Below, piece after piece: positions 1-12,443 of a DNA stretch of 64,000 nucleotides. The stretch lies in the NCBI GenBank assembly GCA_024704765.1, contig JAKMXF010000177.1:124001-188000 (forward strand), written 5' to 3'. The stretch is from Oopsacas minuta (lineage: Eukaryota > Animalia > Porifera). The position numbers and the translations under genes were made by a program. Under the pieces are notes generated by a model. The model saw only the letters and a program-made list of their open reading frames with translations. It had not been told where the DNA came from and did no database searches. Each line of letters starts with the position of its first letter. The stretch's first letter is position 1.

Positions 1-415
1 ACTTTTGACGAATATCACGATTATAAAGGTTTCTAGGTGAAGAGCCCCGCATCTATTAATTTCACATTGTAAGGAATAAATAACATAGACTAACTAACAA
101 ATAATCATTAATTTTCTCATTTCTCAATGGGAAAGCAACGAAAAATGGATTCACTAGCATTATTCTAATATTCATAACCTAATCACAAATATTGAATACA
201 ACGACACAAAATCTTGTCGATTGGGCATCATTTTATATGTAAATGATCAATAATGAACATTCCAAATTTCATAATTCATCAACTAACAAAATTCTTAGTT
301 GGTACGAAATATTGGCGGGGTGTATAGAGTATCTGGGCGGGTTGCAATAGGAACTCTGGATGCAATTTGGGGATGCAAGTAATAGTGAATCCACGCTATA
401 AATATTTAATAGATT

Positions 416-538
416 TCAAATAGAATATATCAAAAAATTAGAAACTAATCTTCTCCTTTCATGCTCGCTCTCGGGTACATAATTAATGAAGATAGATAGT
501 CGTATATTCAGTAGCTCATGTATGGATAGAGCTGCTTT
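416..538 (-). pseudogene. IFT80: Possible C-terminal IFT80-like exon remnant
   Basis: Pyrimidine tract + CAG acceptor (541-539) followed by KAALSIHELLNIRLSIFINYVPESEHERRRLVSNFLIYSI*. Weak by-eye similarity to the IFT80 helical region ([34 protein letters not shown]), in the expected order. Confidence 0.3.
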
Positions 539-737
539 CTGTAATCAAGATAACAAAAAATATGAGGCCTCCTTAGAAATATTGATAGATTTCAATTTCA
601 CTAACTCAATCATTGTTGTATGAATATCCTCAACCGTGACCTAAGTAATATAAGGCCTGGATATTGTGCATAGAATTACCTACCATGGATTACATTGTAT
701 AATTCATCCATAATTGTAACATGCTACATTGACATTG

Positions 738-3020
738 CACAACTCAACAAGATTTCTCATCAGAGATCACATACATTTATCTTAGCATACTTTTGAATGC
801 TGAACTCGAATCTGGAATCAGAATTTCTCTAGCACGTCTAGTTATTCTGAAATCCAATATCCATTTTTTCAATAGTATAGTGTTACCTAGTTAATAAATT
901 GCTATATGAGCATGCCTATTTTGATTCAATTATCTGGAATATAATGACTTTACTTATTTGAATTCAAGCAAATCAAATTATAAACATGCATCGTAATTGT
1001 AGAATTCATCCCGACAATTTCTGTTACGTTTGTGGTCTTCTTTGGGTAAAATCACAAAGACGACCAATCACAAATCAATTAAAGAATATTTACAAATTGT
1101 ACTTCGAATGTCCACTTGGTGACCAAGACAAGTCGTGGGCACCACATGTTATATGCACTTCTTGTTCAAGTGGACTACGTGATTGGTTGAACAAAAGGAA
1201 AGTTTCAATGCCATTTGCAATACCCATGGTCTGGAGGGAACAGAAATATCACCTTGATAATTGTTACTTTTGCTTTATCGACATTACAGGATTCTCAGCC
1301 AAGAATAAGCACGCTCTTGTTTACCCAGACTTGGATTCTGCTCGCAGGCCAATTCCACACATTTCATTACCAATCCCAATTCCCAAGCCACAGCAAATTA
1401 AAATCGGGTCTGATATGGTGGAAGATGTTCATGGAGATTCTACAGATGCTAATTATGTCCCGAAGATGAATTACTAGAGCACAAACATTTATACAGGGAG
1501 AATTGAATGACCTGGTCAGGGATCTAGACTTATCTAAGGACAAAGCTGAACTCCTTGCATCCAGGCTCAAACAGAAAAACCCACTCGACAAAGATGTCCT
1601 AGTATCCCACTATCGCAAGCGAAATTTCGATCTCACTCAATACTACACCACTGATGGTCCACTGTGCTATTGCAATGATATCGAAGGACTCTATGCAAAC
1701 CTATTACAAGAACATTATTCCTCTGATTGGCGCCTTTTCATCGACTCGTCAAAACGCAGTTCGAAAGCTGTTCTGTTGCATAACGGAAATCTAAAGCTTG
1801 GCGTTCCAATTGCTCACTCTGTCTATCTCAAAGGAACCTTCCTCAATTTGCAGGAAGTTTTGGAGGCAATACAGTATAGAACACATATATGGAATATCTG
1901 CGGTGATCTTAAGATAATCGGGCTATTGATGGGCTTGCAACAAGGTTTTACAAAGTATTGTTGTTTCCTATGTCTATGGGACAGCTGAGCAACTGGTGAA
2001 CATTATAAAAAATGTGATTAGCCGAAGAGAACCTATGAAGTCGGGAAAACCAATTCACAGCATTAGCCATTGGTAGATCCAAACAAAGTTTTCTTACCCC
2101 CACTTCATATTAAACTTGGATTAATGAAAACATTCGTTAAAACAATGGGCAAAACAAATTCAGCAGGATATCTGCATTTGGTGGGCAAATTTCCGAAACT
2201 AAGCGAGGCAAAGTTAAAAGAGGTAGTATTTGTAGGACCACAAATCAGACAAGAATTCAGAGATCCAGATTTCGAGAAGACATGATCCGAATTAGAAATG
2301 AGTGCTTGGAATTCTTTCAAATGGGTTTGTGAAAACTTTTTGGGCAACAAGAAGTTGTCCAACTACAGAGAAAGAGTAGAAACCTTGCTTAACGCATACG
2401 AGAAGATGGGCTGTCGCATGTCGCTAAAACTTCACTTCTTGCACTCTCACCTTGATTTTTTCCCTGAGAACCTTGGTACTGTAAGTGATGAACAGGGTGA
2501 GAGATTCCACCAAGACACACAGGAGATGGAAACCCGATACCAAGGTTTCTGGAATGAGGGCATGATGTCCGATTACAGTTGGAGGCTCTTCAGAGATAAT
2601 CCCAACAAGATATATAAAAGGAAGTCGTACTCTCAACACTTTTAATTTAGTTAGTTACCTTTATACTCCTAGATGGATATGTATTTCCCCTTAGTTTGTG
2701 AGTAGTTGATACATGCATGAATGTGAATAATTATATGGAAGAGCTAGGATAATAACTGATATTATCTTGGCATTAATCTAAAACATCGAAATGTTGATTT
2801 ATTTCAGATGGCTATCATGTAAGAAGACAAAAAGACAGCCACTACCATAAAATAACAGGAAAATTTAGGAAATACATAAAAATCGTTGACTTGTAGATGG
2901 AAAAAAACTGGACGTGCTGGAAAGAATCTGAAAGCAGATTTGAATTCAGCGTAAAAACTAGCTTAGAAAATGTCAATTTAATACTTGATGAGAAAATGAG
3001 TTAAATTTTGTTGACCTGCG
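738..3020 (+). mobile_element. Chapaev3-like (CMC) DNA transposon, degenerate, near full length
   Basis: Imperfect TIRs CACAACTCAACAAGAT / ATTTTGTTGACCTGCG with 3-bp flanks ttg/tta. Broken transposase in ORFs 986-1477, 1503-1988, 2070-2285, 2298-2645 (HPDNFCYVCG, DQDKSWAPH, PMVWRE, CGDLK, LPPLHIKLG, HFLHSHLDFF, SDEQGERFHQD). Family name is from recalled motifs. Confidence 0.75.
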
Positions 3021-3088
3021 TTATCTGAATTACTGAAATTTGTTTGAATCACTTCTCCCATATAGGCATATATATATATATAATTAGC

Positions 3089-4545
3089 CAGAGATTATAT
3101 TCTCTAGCCTTTGTTACTTATGATTTTACATTTTACCACTGATTAGCCTTCATGCCTAACACTTGCTCTGCACCTGGATGCCGGAATAATTATTCAGGGA
3201 GCCATATACACCAGTATTCAGATTACTCTCAAACTCTGAACTTAGAGAAAAATGGCTCCGTGCTCAGCATATGGAGGATATTGAAGATCTAAAAAGGTAT
3301 TTGTTTGTTCTAATAACTTTTGTCCTGAAGATGTCATGACTGAAATGGATATGCCTCAACCTGATGGCTCATTGCAAAAATATCTCGGCGACTATTTCTA
3401 CATAAGAACGCTATACTTTGTCTTCAATTTAGCACTTTGAATATTTGATGACTCAGCCGATGCAGCTTTAAGAGTCCATGTTTCTAAATATGGTCACGTT
3501 TCAGGAACAGCTCAGTTCATTAGCCTAATTTGTAAGGTATGGAAGATCTTCAATATTAATAGACATAATAAAGACATCCGTCTAAATGACGAGCTTACTC
3601 TGCCATTACAGAGTAATGACATTCGGTTTGTATATCTTTCAGATATTGTGAAATGGCTTGATGAATGGAGAACTTCACCCCAAAAACACGGAAAACTCTG
3701 CACAAACCTTTACCAGATTTCGCCATTCGTGTATTGTCCTTGAAGGGATAGTGAACCATCTTAGCAAAAACTGTGGTTTTGCCTGTTCTTAGTTCGTTCA
3801 TTCAGAACGACCCAATCGAACATCAGTTCGGGATTTACCGAATGATGAGCGATGCCCAGTATAATGTGTACATTTTGCCATGTTTCGCAAAGTGAAAGAC
3901 TAATTAAATTTCTGCAATTCTGAAGTTGCTCTCTTCTAGTACTCTGGGTGAGAGGTCAGTCTCATTAAAGAATTTTTAAAGTCATTTTCAATCTCCGAAG
4001 AATCTAGCGATGACAAAATAGTCGATTTAGACTACTAAAACAGTGTTCAATGAAGAGGAGACACCAATCGTACTTGATACTTCCCTCGTTCAATCTTTAG
4101 CCTTTATTGCCGATTATAGTTTCATTAATTCTTCAAAAGTGCTTTCTATTCTAAGTGAGGCATTACTCACTCTTCTGGCGTAAGTGATATGGAAGAGGTG
4201 GACAATATTTTCTCTCAGTGTTTGTCAAGTCTTGTTGAATAAGATACTTTCGAACTAGATTTAACTGATCCCATCTATGGTTTAAGACGTTCGGTTGGCA
4301 GAGGAGGCCTTAATTGGCCTTCAGCTCCAGTACTTGAAGCAGTTGTAATTTTGTGGAAGGTATACTCCAGGATCGAAATGGATTCTAACATCTTCAATCT
4401 CTTTTATTAGCAAGCCCATCTCGGAAGATCTTAGTTTCCTTGACATTAAAAGTAATCGAAAGTAATGAAACTGAGTTTTTGGAGAAACAAATACCCTACT
4501 TGTGACCAATAGGATGGAATATCTTAGAGAAGATTAATTTTTCAG
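3089..4545 (+). mobile_element. P-element/THAP9-like transposon remnant, internally deleted
   Basis: Frameshifted THAP domain from ATG 3152 (MPNTCSAPGCRNNY..PVFRL..ELREKWLRA..VFVCSNNFCPED). Downstream P-type motifs GTAQFISLICKVWKIFNIN and FIQNDPIEHQFGIYRMMS. Weak terminal inverted similarity; ends approximate. Confidence 0.65.
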
Positions 4546-4559
4546 CAACCAACTGCATC

Positions 4560-5530
4560 CTAGCTAACAAAGTGAAGAACATGAATTCATTGAAAAGGAC
4601 ATTAACTGAAACCTCGCATAACTCTCTTAAATACACCAAATCCAAATCAAAATAATAAGTAATTTTGGTGTTGGGAGTCTCTTTGTTGCCCTAGCATGTC
4701 TTATTTCTGTATTTATAGATTTTCTTTGTAGTGTATAATATGATCACCATCCATCTACCGTTTGTATGTTTATTGCCAAAATTATGGTATAAATCTCAAC
4801 ATATCATATTCAATGTATGCACATTAAGTAATCCATAATCCAAATGAACAGTCAGGCCTTATATTACGTGGGTCACGAATTAACCTATAATTCAATATTA
4901 AGAGCTAGAGGCGTTCCATTGTAACCAGGTTTTGGGGAAATAGTGAATGGATGATCCAGCAATTAATCTGAACAAAATGAATCAATTATTATATCATTGC
5001 ATAAAAATTATAAATTCAAACACTTAGATAGAAATCAAGATCAATTGGATGAGGAGAATTCCTAAATGCCAGCATAAAATCGTTGATGGTTTCAATGGCT
5101 TTTGGGTGACCAAATACATGTGCAACTATCTTTCGAGCGAGTTAAAATATTAGAATTAATCCGCTTATAAATATAAATCAGTAGAAATTTCTACTGTCCG
5201 GGCTAATAGTTCACTGATTCCTGGGATATGATTGACAAAGGATGGTAGGTATGAACTCGACAAGGCCCATTCGAAAATAACAAAAAATGTCTAATATGTA
5301 ATGATATGATCTGGCCAAAAGGGTTGAGAAGAAAGAAATCCTGGGGGTATAGAATATAATTATACTAAAAATATTTTGAAATCGATACTTTCCAATAGTA
5401 AATACATATTTAACCTTAGAAATGGAACTGGAATTGAATTCTAAATATTTAGTAATGGTAAACTGAATCATATTCGGAATCGTAAAGTAATCTCTCGGAA
5501 ATTGTTTAGAGATCATAATTGAACCTGTAA
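4560..5530 (-). pseudogene. IFT80: Degenerate 3' part of IFT80-like gene (frameshifts and stops)
   Basis: Colinear IFT80-like blocks in different frames: NMIQFTITKYLEF, QNIFSIIIFYTPRISF, IISLHIRHFLLFSNG, IPGISELLARTVEISTD, LQWNASS, FGNKHT..DGDHII, LRELCEV..MFFTLLARM. Confidence 0.6.
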
Positions 5531-5601
5531 TCGGATTCGATGGCTATTATTTATAGATTGTATTTATGTTGGTGATCGTATTTATGCGAATGTAACCTGA
5601 A

Positions 5602-5982
5602 TCAACCCTGAAATCTATAGTAAAATATGATATAACCTATTTTATTGATATATCCAAGGTCTGAGTAACGTTCCAAATGTATCAACCACCCATATTGGTG
5701 GTAAATGTTGAGCTGATTAAAGGTTCCAACAGCATATCCTTCGTCATTAGGTGACCAACATAATGCAGAGATTGGTGAATCGCGAATCTTTGCAGTTAGA
5801 ATGAGTTGGCCGAAAGAATCCCACATTTTTACAAAACCATTTTCGGAACCAGAAAGAATAAGATGACACTTTTTGCCCCAATCAACTTCCAATATTAAAG
5901 AATCGTGAGCCTTCCACTGCAATGCTTGCGAGGATTGGTGCAAAGATTTAACAACTAGAAACTCCTCTCTAGGATAGACAAT
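5602..5982 (-). CDS. IFT80: IFT80-like WD40 protein, exon 2 (reads to stop at 5602 if unspliced)
   Basis: Acceptor tattttAG at 5984-5983, then IVYPREEFLVVKSLHQSSQALQWKAHDSLILEVDW..KMWDSFG..PISALCWSP. Gap-free match to recalled IFT80 [35 protein letters not shown]. Confidence 0.85.
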   Translation of the reverse strand: MVYPREEFLVVKSLHQSSQALQWKAHDSLILEVDWGKKCHLILSGSENGFVKMWDSFGQLILTAKIRDSPISALCWSPNDEGYAVGTFNQLNIYHQYGWLIHLERYSDLGYINKIGYIIFYYRFQG

Positions 5983-8900
5983 CTAAAATATATCATCAAT
6001 AGGGTAATGGGTTTTAAGAATAATATAATTGATAGAGTCAATTGGGTAAAAGATCAGAATTATACAATAATATTATGATTCCTTTAAATGTAAAAATAAT
6101 CCTATGAAAAATACGTACAATCGGAAGTCGGTTAGGGGTCGCTAAATTACCATAATAACAATAGTATGTGAACTGTTATTGAAAATTTTCGAATGTCAAT
6201 TTGCCTCGCGATTTGAATTAGTAAATGGCAATTTGGAATATTGTGATGAAACCAGTCGGATACTCTAAGGGTCGTTTCATGTCTGAAGATAATCCGTTTC
6301 CAAATGATAACTTATTTAGTTTTTGAGGCATAGGTAGGGAAAATTGTTAGTTACCTCAATAGGCAATGATCATCGATTAAAAACTTTTCTCTCTGAAATC
6401 TCAATAACTAAACATTCATGACTTTGAAAATGAATTTTCTTCAGAAAAAAAAAAACACCCTTAGAGCACTAAATTAGGATATCCACCATATTAGAAAGTT
6501 ATTAATAAATCAATTGGCGCGACCATGGATATTTAGAAATGTACATTAATAATCCACATAGAAATATAACAGTAAATTGCACGACTCTAAACGACGTCCG
6601 ATTGTAATGAAATTTTCGTCGGATGAATTTTTGCATTTATAGTAACCAGAATATGAAGTTGAACATTATCCTTTCAAAAAAATTAAATTCCTGGGACACC
6701 CTATAATATAATAAACTACATAAATATCCTCTGTATACACTGGCAATCATAAAGAATTATTGACCAAAAATTTATAAAACATGTGAAATTATTTGAAAAG
6801 GTGAAACAATATAGAAAATATAGGTATGGCATATTGAAATGGGAAAAATGAATACGTTATACGTTAGCAATTTCCTAAGTGTCAACAACGCTGACTAGAT
6901 TACAAACTATCAACATTGGAAATCAAATATTGACAAAGGTATGGGAAAAATGATCAAAATAGTAATTCAGTTTTGAAATCTACGCAAAGTGTGTTATATG
7001 TGCAAAAAGTTTTGGTAATATATTTGAAGCCATTAGTGAAGATATCCGAGAATTTAGTCCCTGACGTATGTGCCACAAGTGGTAGAAATAGAGAATTGAC
7101 AATATATCAGGAGGAATAACTTTGATAGATACAAAATCTATAACAAACTTTGATAGATATAAAATCTAAGAAATAATTTTAGTATTCACAATACCTAAGT
7201 TGGAACTTTTTGAAGAAAAAGTTCCAAGCAGCTGTGTTGAAATACAGTTAGAGGGTATGGTAGTTATCTAGCATTTCACCAATTATTACACATATACAGA
7301 ATCATAGCCTACCATACATAAGGCGTGGCCACTGATTATGGATGTTGAACAAAGGATGCAGGATGTGTCAGGTTGTAAAATCATATTTACTGGGTATAAT
7401 AACGCAAACTCGAAACTCTCTTATCCGAGCAGCGCCGGACCGGAGGGTATCCGGAAGTCAGAATTTGACCGGACTCAGAAATAACACCAACTCTATAGGA
7501 GATCCAATTATAGCATATAGGATAAATATTAATCTAGATGTTTTAAAGGTTGTTAGTTACAAAGAAATTGGTTGATATTAAGTGCTCACCAATAAGAACA
7601 GTGGTCCGCAAACTGGCGTCTTCAACCAACTAGAGTTAACATGGCCCTAAGAATTTTGAATTATAATTATTGGCAGGAGGTCTGCGAGCCTATAACCAAC
7701 TGCATAAGATGATTACAAGTCTTTCAGGGGAAACGATAGTGTCATGTGTTTCGAGTTTATCTAATTTAAATTTTCAAGTCAAATGACGAATACAATTTCT
7801 CAAGTGAATAGAAATGAAGAAGAGACAGATAAAGCATTTCCTGAAGATATTGATAAAGCTGAAATTAGATGAGCAATAATTAAGTAACTTAATCTGGGTA
7901 AGGATATATACCGCCACCGGAACGAGGCAATTATCAAGCTGACAACCTATACATTGTAGCATAATAACTTCTTAACAATCGATAAATTCGTTATCTGTTT
8001 TATCATGAATATTATCTGGAAATGGATGGAAGTGATCTTGTGCAGACGCTAACCAGCAATCGTTGACATTTACTCACCTATTTGTTTTCTCAGGATATGG
8101 TTAAATAGCAATCTAATATAGGATTAATTGGCAAGTTTCACTTTGGTAACCTGAAGAAAATTATCTAAGTTGTATAATACGTGGAAAACGTATTAAACGT
8201 CTTAAAAATGGCATATTTGATCTATTTGAAGGTATTATACGCTTAGATTAATCTCGAAATAGGAGATATTAACATTTTTTAGACTTGTGCATATATCACA
8301 TAATTATCAAGTATCATATAAATAGGTCAACTAACCAGAGATTTCTCAATAACAATTCGATAACTTCTGATTCTAAGCAAAATATTAATAACATAAATCT
8401 GCCCAATAGAAGTTAAATCACCAAAATTGTAGATTGAACGTATAATACGAATTATACGTAATACTCCCTCACTGAAAGATGTATTAAACAACTTAAAAAT
8501 ATTCCACTTATGGTGTAACTCTAAGGACAAATTAACATTCTTCTAAAGAGTATGATGTAGTGATTACCTAATGTAGTGGTGGCGCATATATTGTATGTGG
8601 ATTAAGATACCAAGTTATAGAAATATCTAGAAAGAAAAAGTAACTCATTTTGAAAATCCTAGAATCTGGTAATGAGAACTTCCTATTCCACTCAGTATTT
8701 GATATCAGACTCTCAATTCATAGCTTGGGAGAGGGGTTGATCATTCATTTGAGAGGAGACACCACGTCGATTAGTGATAGACTGTGTGGAATAGTAAACT
8801 AAGCATCCATGTAAAATTAAAGGTGCCATACATTATTCAGTTTCCGATACATGCAAGAAGCTTAACAATATGTGCCATCTCCACTGGAGACTACATGTGC

Positions 8901-9079
8901 ATACTTCATGTTTCCCTAACCGAAATGATTGGAATTTAAGTTGTGTAATACGTCCCTAGACGTAAACACGTTCTAAGAAGTATAAAGTATTATATGTATT
9001 ATACGTTATACGCGTATTAAATTTAGCTTAGAACGGAAGTTAAAATTCTCAGGATAATTATTTCTGAATCGGAGAGTAG

Positions 9080-10405
9080 CAGGGTGTTCAAATAAGACTT
9101 GCGGTTTATGTTATATCTCAGAAACTAGTTAAGTAGTATATCTAACTTTGATATTTTTAAGCCCATAGAGTTAAACTCCATATAGTGAAAGTTACAAGAT
9201 TATTCAAAACAAATTGTGATTTTCTGAGATAATTAGGCGTAGTAAATTCATACCTACTGTTCAATTTATGGCTTCAAAGGATGATAATTTCAACCTCAAA
9301 TGGCGAGTTACATAGGGTTTCGCACAAATCAAGTTCCAGCCCGTACAGATCTTCAGCGAGTTACAGGAGATATTGTACGTGGATTGCACTTCCAGATCTA
9401 CTGTAGAGCGATGAGCTGCCTGTTTTAGGTCTGGTGATGCTGATGTCACAGATATCCCTCGATCTGGAAGACTAGTTTCCGCCACCATAACAGAGAATAT
9501 CGCACCCATTGAAATTACTGTCATGGAAGACAAGTGTATTACTGTCAATCAGTTAGAACATAGTATGGAAAAATCATCTGGAGCTATTCATACAATTCTG
9601 ACGACTGAGCTTGGCTACCGATCGATTTGTGGGAAATGGGTCCCGCATAAGCTTAGTGAGAATCAAAGGTTGGTACGACTGAATATTCCCATGAAACTCT
9701 TAGAAACTTATGAGAACAGCGATTCTAGATGCCTAACAGAGAATATTACTGGTGATGAGACGTGGGTATACTATTCAACACCATATAGCAAGTATAAGAA
9801 TGATCATGGATGAGGGGCGACGGATAACCGGCGAAAATTCCCAGGCTCGAATGCAGAAAACCTAAGATTATGTATACCATCTTCTTTAATAGCCATGGAA
9901 TTATCTTGCAATTACCTTGTGAGTGTGGCAAGGCTGTTACTGCTACTTTCTTTACAAAACAAGTGCTTCTAAACTTGATAAAAAATATAGAAAAGTACCT
10001 CCCGAAAACCGAACTAGATGAATGAAGATTTTAATTGATAACGCCAGTTCTCATACAGCTAAGCTAACCAAAAATTTATTGGATGTAGAAGGGTTAGAAC
10101 TACATCCCATCCGCCATCTCTCCACACCTAGCTTCTTGTGATTTTTGGTTATTCCCCAAGCTGAAAATCTACCTTCAAGGCAAAGATTTTAACACATTAC
10201 GAGCACTCGGAATGGGCCTGTACCAAGATTTCAAATCCATCCACAAAGAAGAGTACAGAAATGTGTTTTACAAGTGGGTGGACAGGTTAAAACTTTGTGT
10301 ATCTGCAGGAGGGGATTACTTTGAATAAATAATTTAGTGAATTAGTGTGTATAGTGTTTGCACCCTGTTTTATGATATCACCCGCAAGACTATTGAACTC
10401 CCTAG
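9080..10405 (+). mobile_element. mariner (DD34D) element, degenerate
   Basis: Imperfect TIRs cagggtgttcaaataagacttgcgg / ccgcaagactattgaactccctag. Motifs WVPHKL, ITGDETWV, DNASSH, CDFWLFPKLK, GDYFE; frameshifts and stops. Confidence 0.85.
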
Positions 10406-11099
10406 TATTAGCTATATATAGGGTAATAATACAATGTGATCGGGCCTCAATCATAGAAGGTTTTTACACCTTCTCTAGTGCTAACTGACAATTACACAAA
10501 ATTCCTCAAAGAATATTACACAAATTGGATTCTACTAATAACTTAGCAAATCTTTCAAACAAATATTTACGGAGGCGTAGAGCCCAGTCACTACATATTA
10601 ATCTTTGACTGTATAATATTTTTGTCGGTTCTCTATTTTTGGATTTGTAAGCGCCTCATGGCTGCTTAGTTAACAGAGTGGTTTAATTTTTATCCGAAAT
10701 AATGGTTCCGACTATTATGATATATATTTTGATCTATATCGAAGAAAGGCTAGAGGTAGGCGATAGAATAAGATTTGCTATAGGAAAACTCTCTCTGTCA
10801 ACAACATAGATAATTCTATTTCAGATAAAGTCATTTCTAATAATATTGATATTTTACAATATCGGAGACGTGGATTATCAGGCCAATTAATTCTTACTGA
10901 GTCTGTAACGCGACTTACTTCCGCACTATAAATTCGAAAGTCTCACGAGCCTTGCCAGGTGGAGGACTAGTTATAATATATAGGAATAGTTTTAGTGTGA
11001 AATTAAGTAGAGGTCAGTCTTATACTTCTTTTGAGTGCCTAACTTTATCATCTGGAAATTTAATTTGCCGGATAATCTCAATTTATCCTCTGGCTTGTA

Positions 11100-12443
11100 C
11101 AGGGTGTCTCAAAAGTTTTTTCACCTTATTCATCAAGCCAGTAAATTGTATTTATTGTAAAGAATCATTAGACTATTTGCCAATGTATTCACCGTTAAGT
11201 TCAATACAAGAATTAATGCGGTTTGGCATTCCATCGATTAAATTCTGGAGAATCGATGGGCTAATACCACTCCAGATATTTTCCAAGATTTTCGCGAGTT
11301 GTTTTAGATTAGTAGCGGGCTTCCTCTTGTCCAGCTCTGCCTGCATAATGGCCCACAGATTTTCTATAGGATTCAAATCTGGCGAGTTACTAGGCCATAT
11401 ATCTTTCGCCCAGAATCCTGGTAAATGATCAGAAAGCCACTTCTGTGTCTTTATAGCAGTATGAGCAGGGGCTCCATCCTGCATAAAAAAAGTGTCGGAT
11501 ATCTTTCGATACAATTTCCTCTGAGTCAGGGGCCCTCTCATCTTCTTACGTTTATAGGTAGGGAGACAGCACTTAGCCAGTATTTCATTGATATAATAGT
11601 CCGCATTCACAGAATGTCTTGGGGAGATTAGATGGAGTTCTGATAGTCCACGATGACTCATCATTCCCCAGACCATTAATCTTGGAGGATTTTTGACCGT
11701 TTCGACTGGAGTGATATTACGCGAACTGACGTCCCAAACCCGATCATTCTGTGAATTTGTAGGGTGAAAAAGCTCAAAGGGACTTTCATCACTGAAGAAA
11801 ACTCGCTCCCAATCAAGTGAAGTCCAAGATTTATGCTCAAGACAGAACTTGACCCTTTTAGACTTCTGTACTTCCGTCAATTTAGGGCTTGATGGCCGTT
11901 TATACGCTTTAGCCCCAATAGAATTGTGTAAATAACGGTGAACAGTATCTTTACTAATAGCAACATATTTACTTGAAATATATTTCGCCAATTTCCGAGT
12001 TGAATGCCATCGTTTGCCTATGGATTTTCGAATTATTATTTTTGGGACTCGGGAAAGTTTCGGCGGACGTCCAGAACGAGGCTTGTCATTGAGCATTTCT
12101 CCAGCTTTTTGCTTTTTGTTCCAATTCTTTACGGTTCGAATTGTGACTCCAAGTGTGTCAGCAACTGTTCTTTGACTGGAACCAGCTAGTAGCACACCTA
12201 TCGCTCTCTCGCGGATGGATAATCTCGTCATTTTGACATCCATAATATTGAAATTTGATAATTATACAAAGTATCGCAAAATGAATCACAAAATTAAATA
12301 TTTGATACTACTCATGGTTGAGAACATTAATCAACTATAAATTGACAATGCTAAAATAAATGGGTAGGTAGTAAATGAGGTAGACTGATTTCTGTTCAAA
12401 TATATTGAAATACTAATGGTGAAAAAACTTTTGAGACACCCTG
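11100..12443 (-). mobile_element. Intact Tc1-like DD37E transposon
   Basis: Perfect 26-bp TIRs cagggtgtctcaaaagttttttcacc, TA TSDs (11098-99, 12444-45), uninterrupted ORF. Confidence 0.95.
11173..12243 (-). CDS. Tc1-family transposase, DD37E, 356 aa
   Basis: N-terminal HTH, GRPPK, FFSDES (D), FMQDGAPAH (D), SPDLNPIENLW (E); 37 residues counted between the second D and E. Confidence 0.93.
   Translation of the reverse strand: MDVKMTRLSIRERAIGVLLAGSSQRTVADTLGVTIRTVKNWNKKQKAGEMLNDKPRSGRPPKLSRVPKIIIRKSIGKRWHSTRKLAKYISSKYVAISKDTVHRYLHNSIGAKAYKRPSSPKLTEVQKSKRVKFCLEHKSWTSLDWERVFFSDESPFELFHPTNSQNDRVWDVSSRNITPVETVKNPPRLMVWGMMSHRGLSELHLISPRHSVNADYYINEILAKCCLPTYKRKKMRGPLTQRKLYRKISDTFFMQDGAPAHTAIKTQKWLSDHLPGFWAKDIWPSNSPDLNPIENLWAIMQAELDKRKPATNLKQLAKILENIWSGISPSILQNLIDGMPNRINSCIELNGEYIGK

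Noticed and set aside
5615-5636. 22-40-nt micro-introns rescuing the IFT80 frame after exon 2
   Set aside because: Each candidate GT-AG pair tried still meets a stop within about 25 codons, and downstream frameshifts have no usable splice sites.
7780-8250. Protein-like plus-strand frame (YLEMDGSDLVQTL...)
   Set aside because: Many stops and no recognisable family; cannot be supported without a search.
8969-9035. 9-bp inverted repeat cgttctaag/cttagaacg
   Set aside because: Too short to distinguish from chance in AT-rich DNA.
10952-11631. Plus-strand ORFs overlapping the DD37E element
   Set aside because: The first ~50 codons are LINE endonuclease remnant; the rest is antisense to the Tc1 transposase.
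11173-12243. Bacterial IS630 contamination
   Set aside because: TA-flanked Tc1-type TIRs and insertion into a eukaryotic LINE within a spliceosomal intron show it is a resident eukaryotic element.
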